From contig CAWCLO010000004.1 in assembly GCA_963796455.1 (NCBI GenBank), forward strand, positions 544,001 through 608,000: a stretch of DNA of 64,000 bases, given 5' to 3'. The stretch comes from Candidatus Sulfomarinibacteraceae bacterium (lineage in GTDB: Bacteria > Acidobacteriota > Thermoanaerobaculia > Thermoanaerobaculales > Sulfomarinibacteraceae). Shown piece after piece: positions 47,688-57,686 of this stretch; the stretch's first letter is position 1, and every line of letters starts with the position of its first letter. Both the position numbers and the translations under genes were made by a program. A model generated the notes under the pieces. The model saw only the letters and a program-made list of their open reading frames with translations, did not search any database and was not told the DNA's origin.

Positions 47688-50612
47688 CTACGGAGGTCCG
47701 AAGTAGCGGTCCAGCCAGTCGAGGCTTTCCCGAATTTGCTCGTCCCGCCAGCTCGCGGTCGAGTGTCCCGCCGGGAAGGTGGCATGCCGCTTGTCGGCCT
47801 TGGCGGTGCCGAGAGCACGGAAGAGCGGCAGCTGCGAGGTCTCATAGGTGAAGATCGGGTCGTGGCGGCCGTTGAGCATTAAAACAGGCGCCGTCACCCG
47901 CGGCGCGTGATGAAGCGGATCGACCTCTGGCGGCATCCCGTCCGGGCCCATCTGCACGACCAAAAATCCTCCAACGACGATCAGGCCTGTTTTGAGTCGC
48001 GGTTCCTGAGCCATGAACACCGGCGCCCACACGGCACCGTAGCTGATGCCCTGAAAGCCGATCCGATCGGGGTCGATATCTTCGCGGGTCTCGAGGTAGT
48101 CCAATGAACGCCGCAATTCCGACACCCACTGAACAACGTGTTCGCGGGTGTTGGCGCCCGAATCGTAGAGTGGGTCGAAACCGTCGGACCGTTCGTACGA
48201 GCCCTTCCAAAGCGGCAGCAGGACCGCGCGGCCGCCACGGAGCAGCGGCTCGGCGTTATTCCACCCGAAGATCGACGCTTCGGTTTCGCTGCTGCGTCGG
48301 TAGAAGGTTCCGGCGCCGCCCATCTGCACCACGACCTGATACGGCGGTTCGGTATTCCGCGGCAGATACAGCCAGGCGGTCATCCGTTCGCCGTCGTAAC
48401 CGGCGGCATAGGAGACCTTTTGCTTGGTCCAGAATTCTGCGGTGTCATCGGTGCTTTCAATGAGCGGTTCGAGAGCGACCGGTGCCGCCTCGAAAAACCG
48501 CGAGTAGGCCTCGTAGACTTCGTCGCCCACCGGCCTCTCGACACTGAAATCCCGCGTGCGCGAAGGCTCGAGGGCTGCGAGGGCCTCAGGAGGCGGCTCT
48601 CTTCCCTCGAGGTAGAGCACACAGCGAAAACCGTTTTCCGGTGAGCGATCGAAGGGAGACAGACGTTCAGGGAGCAGGTAGATGTAGGGTGGGTCTGTCC
48701 ACGCCCCACCGAGGGCGACCCGGTTCGAAGCCACCGCGTTGGCGCCCCACTCGCGTACGTTGCCCGCCATGTCGTGGGCGCCGTACGAGCCGGTCACGCA
48801 GCTGTCGCCGGCGGCCCGTGGTCCCGTGCCGGCGTAATTGCTGTCGGACAGATAAAACCCGGGCAACAGTTGCAGGTCGCCGGCCGTGTCGGCGAAGTAC
48901 CAGTGGTAGATCGTCGGCAGGCTCTTGCCGGCAGACTCCGCAAAGGCGGCGGCCTCGTACCAGCTCACCCCAGTCACCGGCAGCTCACCTTCCCCATCCG
49001 GAAAGCTGCCCACCCGCCATCCCGCCGGGCCGGGCCGGCCGGTCAAATCGCGGAATCGCTCCATCGCATCGGCAAAGGACAGCGTCTCCTCCCCGTCAAG
49101 AAAGGGGTGCCTCCAGAACTCCTCCCGCTCGTAACCACCGGCCTCCACGAACTCGGCATAGGCGCGGTTGGTGACCTCGTGGCGATCGATCAAATATGGG
49201 CCGATTTCGACCTTGGGCTTCGGCATCACTCGGCCCATGATCCACAGCCCGACCTCGCCACCCGGGACCCGCACCATGTCCAGATCGCGGTCGGTCTCGG
49301 GCAGCAACACGAAGGGCTCGTCGGGTCCGTAGATCGAGACGAATTCGGATTCGACGTAGCCCTCATGCTCGACGCGCCAATGCATCGGGCCCCGCGGTAT
49401 GCGAATGTCTGAAAGCGGCGTTGTCCCGAGCGCACGGGCTTCGATATCGGCTCCGAACGGGGTCACCGAGACCGAAGCGTGCGATGGCTCAGAGGCGACC
49501 GATACGGTTTTTGCGATCGTTCCCCACATCTCGTCAGAAACCGTGCCTTCTCCGGCAACGCGCTCGACCTCAGTCGCCAGTTCGAAGGCCTCGACGTACT
49601 TCCGGTCCTGGGCGAGCTGTGACAGGCGGGGCAGAGCTTCGGCCTGCATCGCCAGCGTCCGGTTGCGTTCCATCAGCATCCAACCGATGCCGGCGAGCAC
49701 GACCACCAATGCGGCCGCTCCCACCATCAACGGCATTCTCCTGCCAGGACTCGGCTTTGTGGAACTTTCCGCTTGCAGCGTGCGCAGCGCCACGCCCACC
49801 TCGGCCACGTTGGCGGGCCGCAACTCGGGATCCTTCTTCAAACAGCTTTCGATGATGCCCGCGAGCCCGCGCGGGAGCCCCGAGCGGTGTTCGGCCACCG
49901 GGGCCGGTTCGTCGCGGAGGATCGCCGACATCACCGACCCCGTGCTTGGGCCCGCGAAGGGCCGCGAGCCGGTAGCCATCTCGTACAGGATGATACCCAG
50001 CGAGAAGATGTCCGTGCGGTGGTCCACCGCCCGGGCCTCGATCTGCTCGGGCGACATGTATGGAGCGGTGCCGAGGATGGCGCCGTGACCGGTAAGAGCC
50101 GACGCGGTGGCGAGCTCCGACGAGTCGTCGCCCGAATCCGGCTCCACCAGCTTTGCGAGCCCGAAGTCCAGCACCTTGACCAGCCCGTCGTCCGAAACCA
50201 TCACGTTGCCGGGCTTCAGGTCACGGTGCACGATCCCTTTCCCGTGGGCCGCCGCCAGCGCATCGGTAATCTGCGTGGCCACCCCCAAAAGGCTCTCCAT
50301 CTCCATCCCACCCTCGGGGATGACCTCAGTGAGCGTCCGCCCGTCCACCATCTCCATGGTGAGGAAATGAACGCCGTCACTCTCCTCCACCGAATGAATG
50401 GTGACAATATTCGGGTGGTTGAGTGCCGCCACCACCCGCGCCTCGCGACCGAATCTCTCCAGTCGTTCACTGTTGCCGGAGACGTTGTCCGGTAAGACCT
50501 TGATGGCAATTTCACGGCCGAGCTTCGAATCCTCGGCTCGGTACACCTCTCCCATCCCGCCTTCTCCGAGCTTGGCAGTCACCCTGTAGTGGTGAAGGTT
50601 CATACCGATCAT
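47688..50612 (-). CDS. Ser/Thr kinase - TM - FGE-sulfatase domain - alpha/beta hydrolase fusion
   Basis: LGEGGMGEV, HRDLKPGN, DFG; HEVTN, PVTGVSWYEA, DMAGNVREW, GFRC; GISYG nucleophile elbow, later D and H. Confidence 0.92.
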   Translation of the reverse strand: MIGMNLHHYRVTAKLGEGGMGEVYRAEDSKLGREIAIKVLPDNVSGNSERLERFGREARVVAALNHPNIVTIHSVEESDGVHFLTMEMVDGRTLTEVIPEGGMEMESLLGVATQITDALAAAHGKGIVHRDLKPGNVMVSDDGLVKVLDFGLAKLVEPDSGDDSSELATASALTGHGAILGTAPYMSPEQIEARAVDHRTDIFSLGIILYEMATGSRPFAGPSTGSVMSAILRDEPAPVAEHRSGLPRGLAGIIESCLKKDPELRPANVAEVGVALRTLQAESSTKPSPGRRMPLMVGAAALVVVLAGIGWMLMERNRTLAMQAEALPRLSQLAQDRKYVEAFELATEVERVAGEGTVSDEMWGTIAKTVSVASEPSHASVSVTPFGADIEARALGTTPLSDIRIPRGPMHWRVEHEGYVESEFVSIYGPDEPFVLLPETDRDLDMVRVPGGEVGLWIMGRVMPKPKVEIGPYLIDRHEVTNRAYAEFVEAGGYEREEFWRHPFLDGEETLSFADAMERFRDLTGRPGPAGWRVGSFPDGEGELPVTGVSWYEAAAFAESAGKSLPTIYHWYFADTAGDLQLLPGFYLSDSNYAGTGPRAAGDSCVTGSYGAHDMAGNVREWGANAVASNRVALGGAWTDPPYIYLLPERLSPFDRSPENGFRCVLYLEGREPPPEALAALEPSRTRDFSVERPVGDEVYEAYSRFFEAAPVALEPLIESTDDTAEFWTKQKVSYAAGYDGERMTAWLYLPRNTEPPYQVVVQMGGAGTFYRRSSETEASIFGWNNAEPLLRGGRAVLLPLWKGSYERSDGFDPLYDSGANTREHVVQWVSELRRSLDYLETREDIDPDRIGFQGISYGAVWAPVFMAQEPRLKTGLIVVGGFLVVQMGPDGMPPEVDPLHHAPRVTAPVLMLNGRHDPIFTYETSQLPLFRALGTAKADKRHATFPAGHSTASWRDEQIRESLDWLDRYFGPP

Positions 50613-50689
50613 GATTCTCATGTGCTGGTCACCGGATTGTAGAACAGATTCGCCGGGTGGTGGAGGCTGAGGCGCCGATACCCTGAATC

Positions 50690-51277
50690 TTACTCTGCTA
50701 CGAAAGCCCTCCTGGCCAGGATCTTCGTCCAACGGACATATTGGTTGGTCGACCAGCCACAGTCGATGGTGAGGTTTTCCCAGTTCGGCACCAGGAGCAG
50801 AGTCCACAGAGCATCGGTTGCCTTCGGGCGGGTCCACTCCGGTGCCAACGTTCCATCAGCATGGAGCGCGTCGATCGCTGCACGACAACCATCCCGCATG
50901 GCCACCATGCGATCTTTCCAGGCTGCTGCCGCCGCCTCGTCGCTTCCCTGCGCCAGAAGAAGTGCCTTGCCGACGCCGTAGACGTCCGGAATGTAGTTCC
51001 CCCAGACCTCGATATAAAGGTCCAACCTTTCGATACCGGACTTTGCCGCTCGTGAAGGAGCGAGCCGGCGATCAACGTCCAATTTCGCGTCAAGATATCT
51101 CGTAGCTGCCACGAGGAGTTCGGTGCGTGAAGCGAAGTGCAGGTAGACAGCCTGGCGCGAGATTCCTGCGGCCTTGGCGATGTCGCCCATACGGACGCCC
51201 TGGCCTCCGGACTCCTCGAGCAGTCGAACGGTGGCATCCAGGATTTTGGTGCGGGTTTCGATATTGCGACTTGACAT
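50690..51277 (-). CDS. TetR/AcrR family regulator
   Basis: TRTKILDA...MGDIAKAAGISRQAVYLHF helix-turn-helix. Confidence 0.93.
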   Translation of the reverse strand: MSSRNIETRTKILDATVRLLEESGGQGVRMGDIAKAAGISRQAVYLHFASRTELLVAATRYLDAKLDVDRRLAPSRAAKSGIERLDLYIEVWGNYIPDVYGVGKALLLAQGSDEAAAAAWKDRMVAMRDGCRAAIDALHADGTLAPEWTRPKATDALWTLLLVPNWENLTIDCGWSTNQYVRWTKILARRAFVAE

Positions 51278-51330
51278 CGTGTCAAGTTTGCCTTATGTTG
51301 AACACCAAGTCAATTGACACAGTGTCAAGT
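51269..51330. promoter_or_regulatory. Two TTGACA-N3-TGTCAA palindromes, probable TetR operators
   Basis: ACTTGACA-TCG-TGTCAAGT at 51269-51287 and TTGACA-CAG-TGTCAA at 51314-51328, in the divergent gap. Confidence 0.82.
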
Positions 51331-51348
51331 AGGGGATTGGAGACCACT

Positions 51349-52230
51349 ATGAAAGACCGTTTGAAAAGCACCGCACACAATGATGGAATCACACTCGTTC
51401 TCGGCGGAACCGGAAAGACCGGACGCCGCGTTGCCGAGCGACTCGCCCACCGCGGCATGCCGACGCGCATCGCGTCGCGGTCCGCCGACCCGTCTTTCGA
51501 CTGGGAAGACCAAAGCAATTGGGGCGTCGTGCTCGATGGAGTGGCGGCGGCGTACGTGAACTATGCTCCGGACCTCGCCATACCAGGGGCGACGGACGCC
51601 ATTCGTGCCTTCGTCGAGCGCGCTGTAGATCGGGGCGTGAAGCGTCTGGTTCTTTTGTCCGGTCGGGGTGAAGAAGAGGCGCAGATGTGTGAAGGCATCG
51701 TGCAGGGCGCCGGGGTTGAGTGGACTGTGGTTCGCGCCAGCTGGTTCAACCAGAACTTCTCCGAAGGCGAATTTCTCGACATGGTGCTGGCCGGCGAGAT
51801 CACTCTGCCGGCAGGAGATATCGGCGAGCCCTTTGTCGATGTCGACGACATCGCTGATGTTGTAGTTGCCGGGTTGACCGAAGACGGCCACGATGGTGAG
51901 ATCTACGAGCTCACCGGGCCCCGTCTTCTCACCTTCACCGAGGCGGTGGGGGAGATTGCCGCCGCCTCGGGACGCGATATCAGGTATGTCCAGATCCCGC
52001 GCGAGGCCTTTGCAGCGGGTATCGCCGAGTCCGGTGCGCCGGATGATATTGCGTGGTTGTTGGACTACCTTTTTTCCACCGTCCTTGACGGCCGGAACGC
52101 ACATGTGTGTGATGGAGTCTTTCGAGCGCTGGGTCGCCAGCCCAGGGACTTCACCGAGTTTGCACGTCGGGTCGCCGCAACGGGTGCCTGGAGCACATCG
52201 TCACTCGACCGGATCAAGGTGGCGTCATGA
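51349..52230 (+). CDS. NmrA-like NAD(P)H-binding protein
   Basis: LVLGGTGKTG, LVLLSGRGE, WFNQNF, FVDVDDIA and YELTGP motifs. Confidence 0.9.
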   Translation: MKDRLKSTAHNDGITLVLGGTGKTGRRVAERLAHRGMPTRIASRSADPSFDWEDQSNWGVVLDGVAAAYVNYAPDLAIPGATDAIRAFVERAVDRGVKRLVLLSGRGEEEAQMCEGIVQGAGVEWTVVRASWFNQNFSEGEFLDMVLAGEITLPAGDIGEPFVDVDDIADVVVAGLTEDGHDGEIYELTGPRLLTFTEAVGEIAAASGRDIRYVQIPREAFAAGIAESGAPDDIAWLLDYLFSTVLDGRNAHVCDGVFRALGRQPRDFTEFARRVAATGAWSTSSLDRIKVAS

Positions 52231-52718
52231 ATCAGCTCACACCAATCGTCGGAGTCACGGCGTTGCTCGGGTCCGCGCTGGTGGGCGGTGTCTTCTTTGC
52301 TTTCTCCAGCTTTGTGATGAAGGCACTGGCAAAAGTGCCCTCCTCGGAGGGGATTGCCGCGATGCAGTCGATCAACATCGTTGTGATCAACCCTTCGTTC
52401 CTCGGAGCATTCATAGGAACGGCTCTTTTGTCGCTCGTCATGGCCGGCCTCGCATTGGCAAGCGGAGGCCAGCCATCGACGGTGTACTTCCTGGGCGGTG
52501 CGATTTTCTATTTTGTCGGCACGTTTCTCGTCACGATATTCGGCAACGTTCCGCTCAACGATCAACTGGCCGCAGTCTCGGCGACAGATCCGGGTGCTGT
52601 CGAATTGTGGGCTCTCTACCTGAGCCGCTGGACGATGTGGAACCACGTCAGAACGGCTGCGGCCGTCATTGCGGCACTTCTCTATACCCTGGGCCTGATG
52701 CAGCAGGGGGGTGCTTGA
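52227..52718 (+). CDS. DUF1772 (anthrone oxygenase-like) membrane protein
   Basis: GVFFAFSSFVM, AMQSIN, GNVPLND and WTMWNHVRT motifs; ATGA overlap with the upstream gene. Confidence 0.88.
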   Translation: MNQLTPIVGVTALLGSALVGGVFFAFSSFVMKALAKVPSSEGIAAMQSINIVVINPSFLGAFIGTALLSLVMAGLALASGGQPSTVYFLGGAIFYFVGTFLVTIFGNVPLNDQLAAVSATDPGAVELWALYLSRWTMWNHVRTAAAVIAALLYTLGLMQQGGA

Positions 52719-52850
52719 TGGGGTTTTGGGTTTTCACCGATGGCACCGTCGGCGCTCCATGGCACGTAAGAGGGTGCCTTCGAATTTGTGTCGCCCATAC
52801 CGGATGATGTGATGGGCTCCGTGTGTGCACACCTGTTACAATCTCTGATT

Positions 52851-53645
52851 ATGAGATTCACAATCAGTTTACTTTTCGTGGTGTCGCCGGTATTGGTGTG
52901 TGCGCAATCCATCTGGATTCCCTCGTCGCAATCTCCGCCGTCGCGAAGAGCGATGACCGACCCTCAGGCCGCTGAGCTGGTCGTGCCGCCGGGGTACGAG
53001 TTTCAGAGCCTGGACGAGTCCGGCAATTTCCGGACAGTCTCCGGCGGCAAACCCGTCAAGATCTCATGTGAGTGCAGCTCCGTCGGCGAATGCGTGCCCG
53101 TGTATATCGTGTACAACTCAGAATCCAAAGTGTTGGAATGTGGCGGAAGCTGTCTGATCTGCATCAAAAAGGTAGGTGGAGCGGTCGTCGTGTCGGCCGG
53201 TTTCGTGGAATCGAGGGCGGCTATCACCGTGGCGGCGGACGTTTCGCAGCTACCGCCGGTGTTCGAGGCGATGTTCCACGACGACGGCACGATGGCGTTG
53301 GTGGAAGGATTTGTTGCCGACGCATGGGGCGAGGCCGCACCTGTCGAATTCGAAGCGGGCGGCCAACGAGCGCAGGCGCCTCCAGGCACCGCCCTGGTCG
53401 GGGTGAACCTCCGGGGACACGGGCTCCTTGTGCTGGTCCCCGAGGGTTATGCCCGCACGATGGGCACGGGAACGGACTCCGGCAGTTGCAGCTGCACCGA
53501 GGGCGATTGCACGTTTCAAACCAAGACGCTTCCCGGTGGAGGCAGCATGTACTACTGCACCGGTGGCTGTAAAGGAGCCTGCACGCTTTTGGTCACCGGA
53601 ACGGTCCGACCGGTCGAAAGAGGCGTGCCGGTGCAGCGTCGATAG
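52851..53645 (+). CDS. Secreted hypothetical protein with two six-cysteine modules
   Basis: Signal peptide; CECSSVGEC...CGGSCLIC and CSCTEGDC...CTGGCKGAC. Confidence 0.7.
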   Translation: MRFTISLLFVVSPVLVCAQSIWIPSSQSPPSRRAMTDPQAAELVVPPGYEFQSLDESGNFRTVSGGKPVKISCECSSVGECVPVYIVYNSESKVLECGGSCLICIKKVGGAVVVSAGFVESRAAITVAADVSQLPPVFEAMFHDDGTMALVEGFVADAWGEAAPVEFEAGGQRAQAPPGTALVGVNLRGHGLLVLVPEGYARTMGTGTDSGSCSCTEGDCTFQTKTLPGGGSMYYCTGGCKGACTLLVTGTVRPVERGVPVQRR

Positions 53646-53681
53646 ACCTCTCAGAACGTCAACTGCCGGGTCCCCCTGTGA

Positions 53682-54740
53682 TCATCCGTCTTTCAGCGAC
53701 TTCATGTCGATGGAGAAGCGGTACTTCACATCTGACTTGAGCATGCGTTCGTAGGCTTCGTTGATCGTCCCGATCGGGATGACCTCGACATCGGAAGTGA
53801 TGTCGTGCTCCCCGCAGAAATCGAGCATCTCCTGGGTTTCGGCGATGCCGCCGATGAGCGAGCCGGAGATGCTCTTACGACCGAAGAGCAGGGCGAAGGC
53901 TGAAACGGGAAACGGTTTCTCGGGCGCCCCGACCAGGGTGATGTTGCCGTCGAGCCCGAGCAAACTGACATAGGCGTTGATGTCGTGATCGGCGGATATG
54001 GTGTCGAGGATGAAATTGAAGCTGCCCGCGTGCGCCTGCATCTGCTCGGCGTCTGTGGAAATGACGACTTCATGAGCGCCGAGGCGCAATGCGTCGTCCT
54101 TTTTGCCCGGCGAGGTGGTAAAAACCACCACGTGCGCGCCAAAGGCCCGCGCGAACTTCACTCCCATATGCCCCAGACCGCCGAGGCCCACAACGCCGAC
54201 CTTCTTGCCCTTGATGTCGCCCCACCGTTTGATCGGTGAGTAGGTGGTGATCCCGGCGCAGAGAAGCGGCGCGGCACCCGCCGGGTCGAGATTGGCGGGG
54301 ACGTTGAGCACGAAGCTCTCATCGACGACGATGCTTTCGGAGTAGCCGCCATAGGTCACGCCGCCGAGATGTTTGTCCGGTGCGTTGTATGTGAAGACCC
54401 CGTTGGGACAGAATTGTTCGACCCCATGATTGCAGGCGTCGCAGCTGTGGTCCGAATCGACCAGGCAGCCGACCCCCACGACTTCTCCCTCTTTGAACTT
54501 CGTGACGGCCGAACCGACCTTGACGACGCGGCCGACGATTTCGTGGCCGGGAACGCACGGATAGGTGGTGGGCATGAAGCTGCTCCACTCATCGCGCACC
54601 GTATGGAGATCCGAGTGGCAGATGCCGCAGAACATGATCTCGATCTGCACGTCACGATCGGTGGGATCGCGGCGTTGAATGGTGTCGGGAGCGAGGGGCT
54701 CGGCGGCGCTGGCCGCAGAATAGGCTTTCACTTTGTTCAT
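53682..54740 (-). CDS. Zn-dependent NAD(P)-linked alcohol dehydrogenase (cinnamyl-ADH/YahK type)
   Basis: CGICHSD, PGHEIVG, structural-Zn cysteines, GLGGLGH and DVKYRF; RBS GGAG. Confidence 0.93.
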   Translation of the reverse strand: MNKVKAYSAASAAEPLAPDTIQRRDPTDRDVQIEIMFCGICHSDLHTVRDEWSSFMPTTYPCVPGHEIVGRVVKVGSAVTKFKEGEVVGVGCLVDSDHSCDACNHGVEQFCPNGVFTYNAPDKHLGGVTYGGYSESIVVDESFVLNVPANLDPAGAAPLLCAGITTYSPIKRWGDIKGKKVGVVGLGGLGHMGVKFARAFGAHVVVFTTSPGKKDDALRLGAHEVVISTDAEQMQAHAGSFNFILDTISADHDINAYVSLLGLDGNITLVGAPEKPFPVSAFALLFGRKSISGSLIGGIAETQEMLDFCGEHDITSDVEVIPIGTINEAYERMLKSDVKYRFSIDMKSLKDG

Positions 54741-55054
54741 GGTGTTCTCCAGTTTCTTTTTTGAGGTCCGATGCCTTCGGGTTATTCCAAGCGGCATCTC
54801 TTCAGAAAAATTCCTGGGCGATGGTCCCCACCTGCTCGCTCCTTCGATTCCGTTCCGGTCAGGGGCCGTCTTTCCGTTCCGTCGATGTTCATGACCCAGA
54901 TATGTTTGCCGTTGTTTCTATATGCAGCGAAACAGGTTTTGCGTTTATGAGATGACGGATCGACGTCCCGTTTTGACGAAGCCAACTGTGATTTGCACCA
55001 CCTTGAATCGACGGGCCCTCGGGATACGATTGTGTTGGTGGGAGGTCGGCGAGG

Positions 55055-56008
55055 ATGCGATCACCGGTTCGGATGGCTGTGGCGTGCTGGCTACAGTGCC
55101 TTGCACTGGTCGCCGCGGTCGGTGGCGCCCAGGAGACCGTTCACTTCACGGTTACGGCCGATGCCCGAGCGAATCACACCGACTACGAGGCAGTGCTGGA
55201 GGCAATGAACAACCTGGTCGGCGGCCAGGGTGACTTCCAGGTGTCGCCGGGTGACATGGACGGCCGCGTCTGGGACAACCGGGTCGTGGTGGATTGGTAT
55301 GCGGGAGCCTCCGCTGTTTGGATCCCCGGGGTCGGCAATCACGAGGCCGAGGATCCGGTTGAGATGGAGTGGGTCCGGTCTGAGTTCCTTAATGGCAACG
55401 GAGAGCGGACGCCACTCCAGAATCTGGTGGTCCGGGCCGGGCCCGCGGGCAGCCAGGAGACCACTTTCAGTTGGGATGTGGGCAATGCCCATTTTGTATA
55501 CCTCAACCAATACTGGGACGGCACCGCGAGTTCCGGGAGCGACGTGGCAACCGACGGCGACGTGGTCCCGGAGCTGCTGGCGTGGCTTCGAAACGATCTC
55601 GAGGCCAACACGTTGCCGGCGGTGTTCGTCTTCGGCCACGAACCGGCCTTTCCCATGTACCGCCACCTCGACGACAGTCTCAACGCGCACGCGACCAACC
55701 GCGACGCTTTTTGGACGCTGCTCGAGGAGAAGTCAGTAGTGGCGTACATCTGTGGCCACACCCACGTTTTCAGCACTTACAGGCCCGAAGGGGGACGGGT
55801 TTGGCAGATCGACGTCGGAAATGCGGGCAACGACTCCAGCTTTGACGATGGCCAGACCTTTCTCTCGGTGACTGTCGACGCCTCGCAGGTGGGTTTCGAG
55901 ATCTGCCGAAACAGCGAGGGCTCGTTCTCGTGCGATTCGAGCTGGTCCGAGGCCATCCCGATCGTGTTCAAGGATGGCTTCGAGTCGGGCGACTCCGGAA
56001 AGTGGTGA
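55055..56008 (+). CDS. Secreted metallophosphoesterase with C-terminal FxDGFE peptide
   Basis: ADAR, PGDMD, GNHE, GHEP and GHTH motifs; ends VFKDGFESGDSGKW. Confidence 0.85.
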   Translation: MRSPVRMAVACWLQCLALVAAVGGAQETVHFTVTADARANHTDYEAVLEAMNNLVGGQGDFQVSPGDMDGRVWDNRVVVDWYAGASAVWIPGVGNHEAEDPVEMEWVRSEFLNGNGERTPLQNLVVRAGPAGSQETTFSWDVGNAHFVYLNQYWDGTASSGSDVATDGDVVPELLAWLRNDLEANTLPAVFVFGHEPAFPMYRHLDDSLNAHATNRDAFWTLLEEKSVVAYICGHTHVFSTYRPEGGRVWQIDVGNAGNDSSFDDGQTFLSVTVDASQVGFEICRNSEGSFSCDSSWSEAIPIVFKDGFESGDSGKW

Positions 56009-56113
56009 GACGTGGCACTGGCGTGCCAACCGTTCAATCGTCACAAGATCCGAAGCAAAGTCATGGAATTGTGCCCCTCACCCATGATGAGGGTGCGCCG
56101 CTTTGACGACGGG

Positions 56114-57577
56114 CTACAGACCAAGAGCCATCGCCAGGGCGATCAAGGCCATTTGTATCACGAACAGAATTCCGGCCAGAGGTAGAAACCACTTCCACCA
56201 CTTTTGGATTGGAATGCCACCGAGGGCACAGATGATCACACAGCCGCATGTGGGCCAGACCAGGTTGGAAAGCCCGTCACCGAACTGAAAGGCCAGAACT
56301 GCAACCTGGCGGCTCACTCCGAGCATGTCGGCGAGCGGCGCCATGATCGGCATCGTTGCGGCCGCCTGCCCACTGCCCGATGGAATAAAGAAATTCAGCA
56401 CTGTTTGAGCCACCAGCATGGTCTGGGCCGACACCACTGAAGGGAGGCCCTTCAAGCTGTTCGACAAGGCGAAGATGATCGTGTCTTTGATCTGGGCGTC
56501 CTCCATGACGACGACGATCGCCTTGGCGACACCCGTCAGAAGACCGCCCCAGACGATGGTCTTGACCCCGACCATGAATTCGTCGACCCAACGGTTGGGA
56601 GACCAGCCGGCAATGCCGGCGGCGATGATGGACATGATGATGAACAACCCGGCCAGTTCCCCGTAACCCCACCCCAGTTTCATCATCCCGTACATCAGGA
56701 AACCGAGGGTTGCCAGGACGGTGATGATGATCAATACGGCTTTCGTGTCCATCCTGTACTGCTCGAGGTCTTCCTTTTTGAGCGCATGGATGGACTCTTG
56801 TCCAAAGACCACGGAAAGGCGAGGGTTTCTTTGAGTCCTCTTTCCGTAGACGATGACGTACGCCGAACAGGCGAAGATGAAGCACACCAGGGCGAAGACG
56901 CGAAAACCGGTGGCCGAATAGATGGGAACCGCTGCGATGGATTGGGCGACAGCAACTGTATAGGGATTGAAGGTGGCTCCCATGAACCCGACGTACATGC
57001 CCAGGGCGATGATCGAAAAACCATACATCGCGTCATAGCCCATGGCGACACCCAGCCCGACCATCAGTGGAATGAAACCGTAGAACTCGCTCAACATCCC
57101 GAACATCGAGCTCCCGAGGGCAAAGACCGACATCAGAATCGGCACCAACACTACGTCCTTGTTGCCCATCTTCCGAAGTACCGTGCCGATCCCGGCATGG
57201 AAGGCCCCTGTCTTGACGAGAATGCCGAATGTGCCCGCACACGTGAAGATCACGAAGATGATATCCGCCGCATCGACGCAGCCGGTATAGAGAGACTTGA
57301 AATAGGCGAGGAAACCCGTCGGGTTGGACTCCGACTCGTCCAGATAATGGAAAGTACCGTCGATGGCGATCTTCTTCATTCTGCCGTTGACGTCCACCTC
57401 TTCATAATCGTAGCTTCCCGGTGGAATCACCCAGGTCAGGGCCGCCATGATCAACACGATGACGGCCACGATAATGTACGTGTCGGGCATGGCGAGTTTT
57501 CGTTTTTTGGTGGGGGCTGTGTTCTCGGGAGAGGTGCCCTCGTTCTCTGATTCCTCGTTCACCGCGGCCTCCGACAA
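56114..57577 (-). CDS. YfcC/DcuC-family transporter
   Basis: MPDTYII, LTWVIPPGSY, NPYTVAVAQSIA, FFIPSGSGQA and AFQFGDG motifs. Confidence 0.9.
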   Translation of the reverse strand: MSEAAVNEESENEGTSPENTAPTKKRKLAMPDTYIIVAVIVLIMAALTWVIPPGSYDYEEVDVNGRMKKIAIDGTFHYLDESESNPTGFLAYFKSLYTGCVDAADIIFVIFTCAGTFGILVKTGAFHAGIGTVLRKMGNKDVVLVPILMSVFALGSSMFGMLSEFYGFIPLMVGLGVAMGYDAMYGFSIIALGMYVGFMGATFNPYTVAVAQSIAAVPIYSATGFRVFALVCFIFACSAYVIVYGKRTQRNPRLSVVFGQESIHALKKEDLEQYRMDTKAVLIIITVLATLGFLMYGMMKLGWGYGELAGLFIIMSIIAAGIAGWSPNRWVDEFMVGVKTIVWGGLLTGVAKAIVVVMEDAQIKDTIIFALSNSLKGLPSVVSAQTMLVAQTVLNFFIPSGSGQAAATMPIMAPLADMLGVSRQVAVLAFQFGDGLSNLVWPTCGCVIICALGGIPIQKWWKWFLPLAGILFVIQMALIALAMALGL

Positions 57578-57686
57578 TGAATAAGGAAAGGTTTTTTCCT
57601 TTCCTGGTACCGGTCACCTTAGCAGGGTGACACCCGTGCTGCGCCCAGCATTCATAGCGGTGGGGCTGAATCCGGGAATTGATTCC

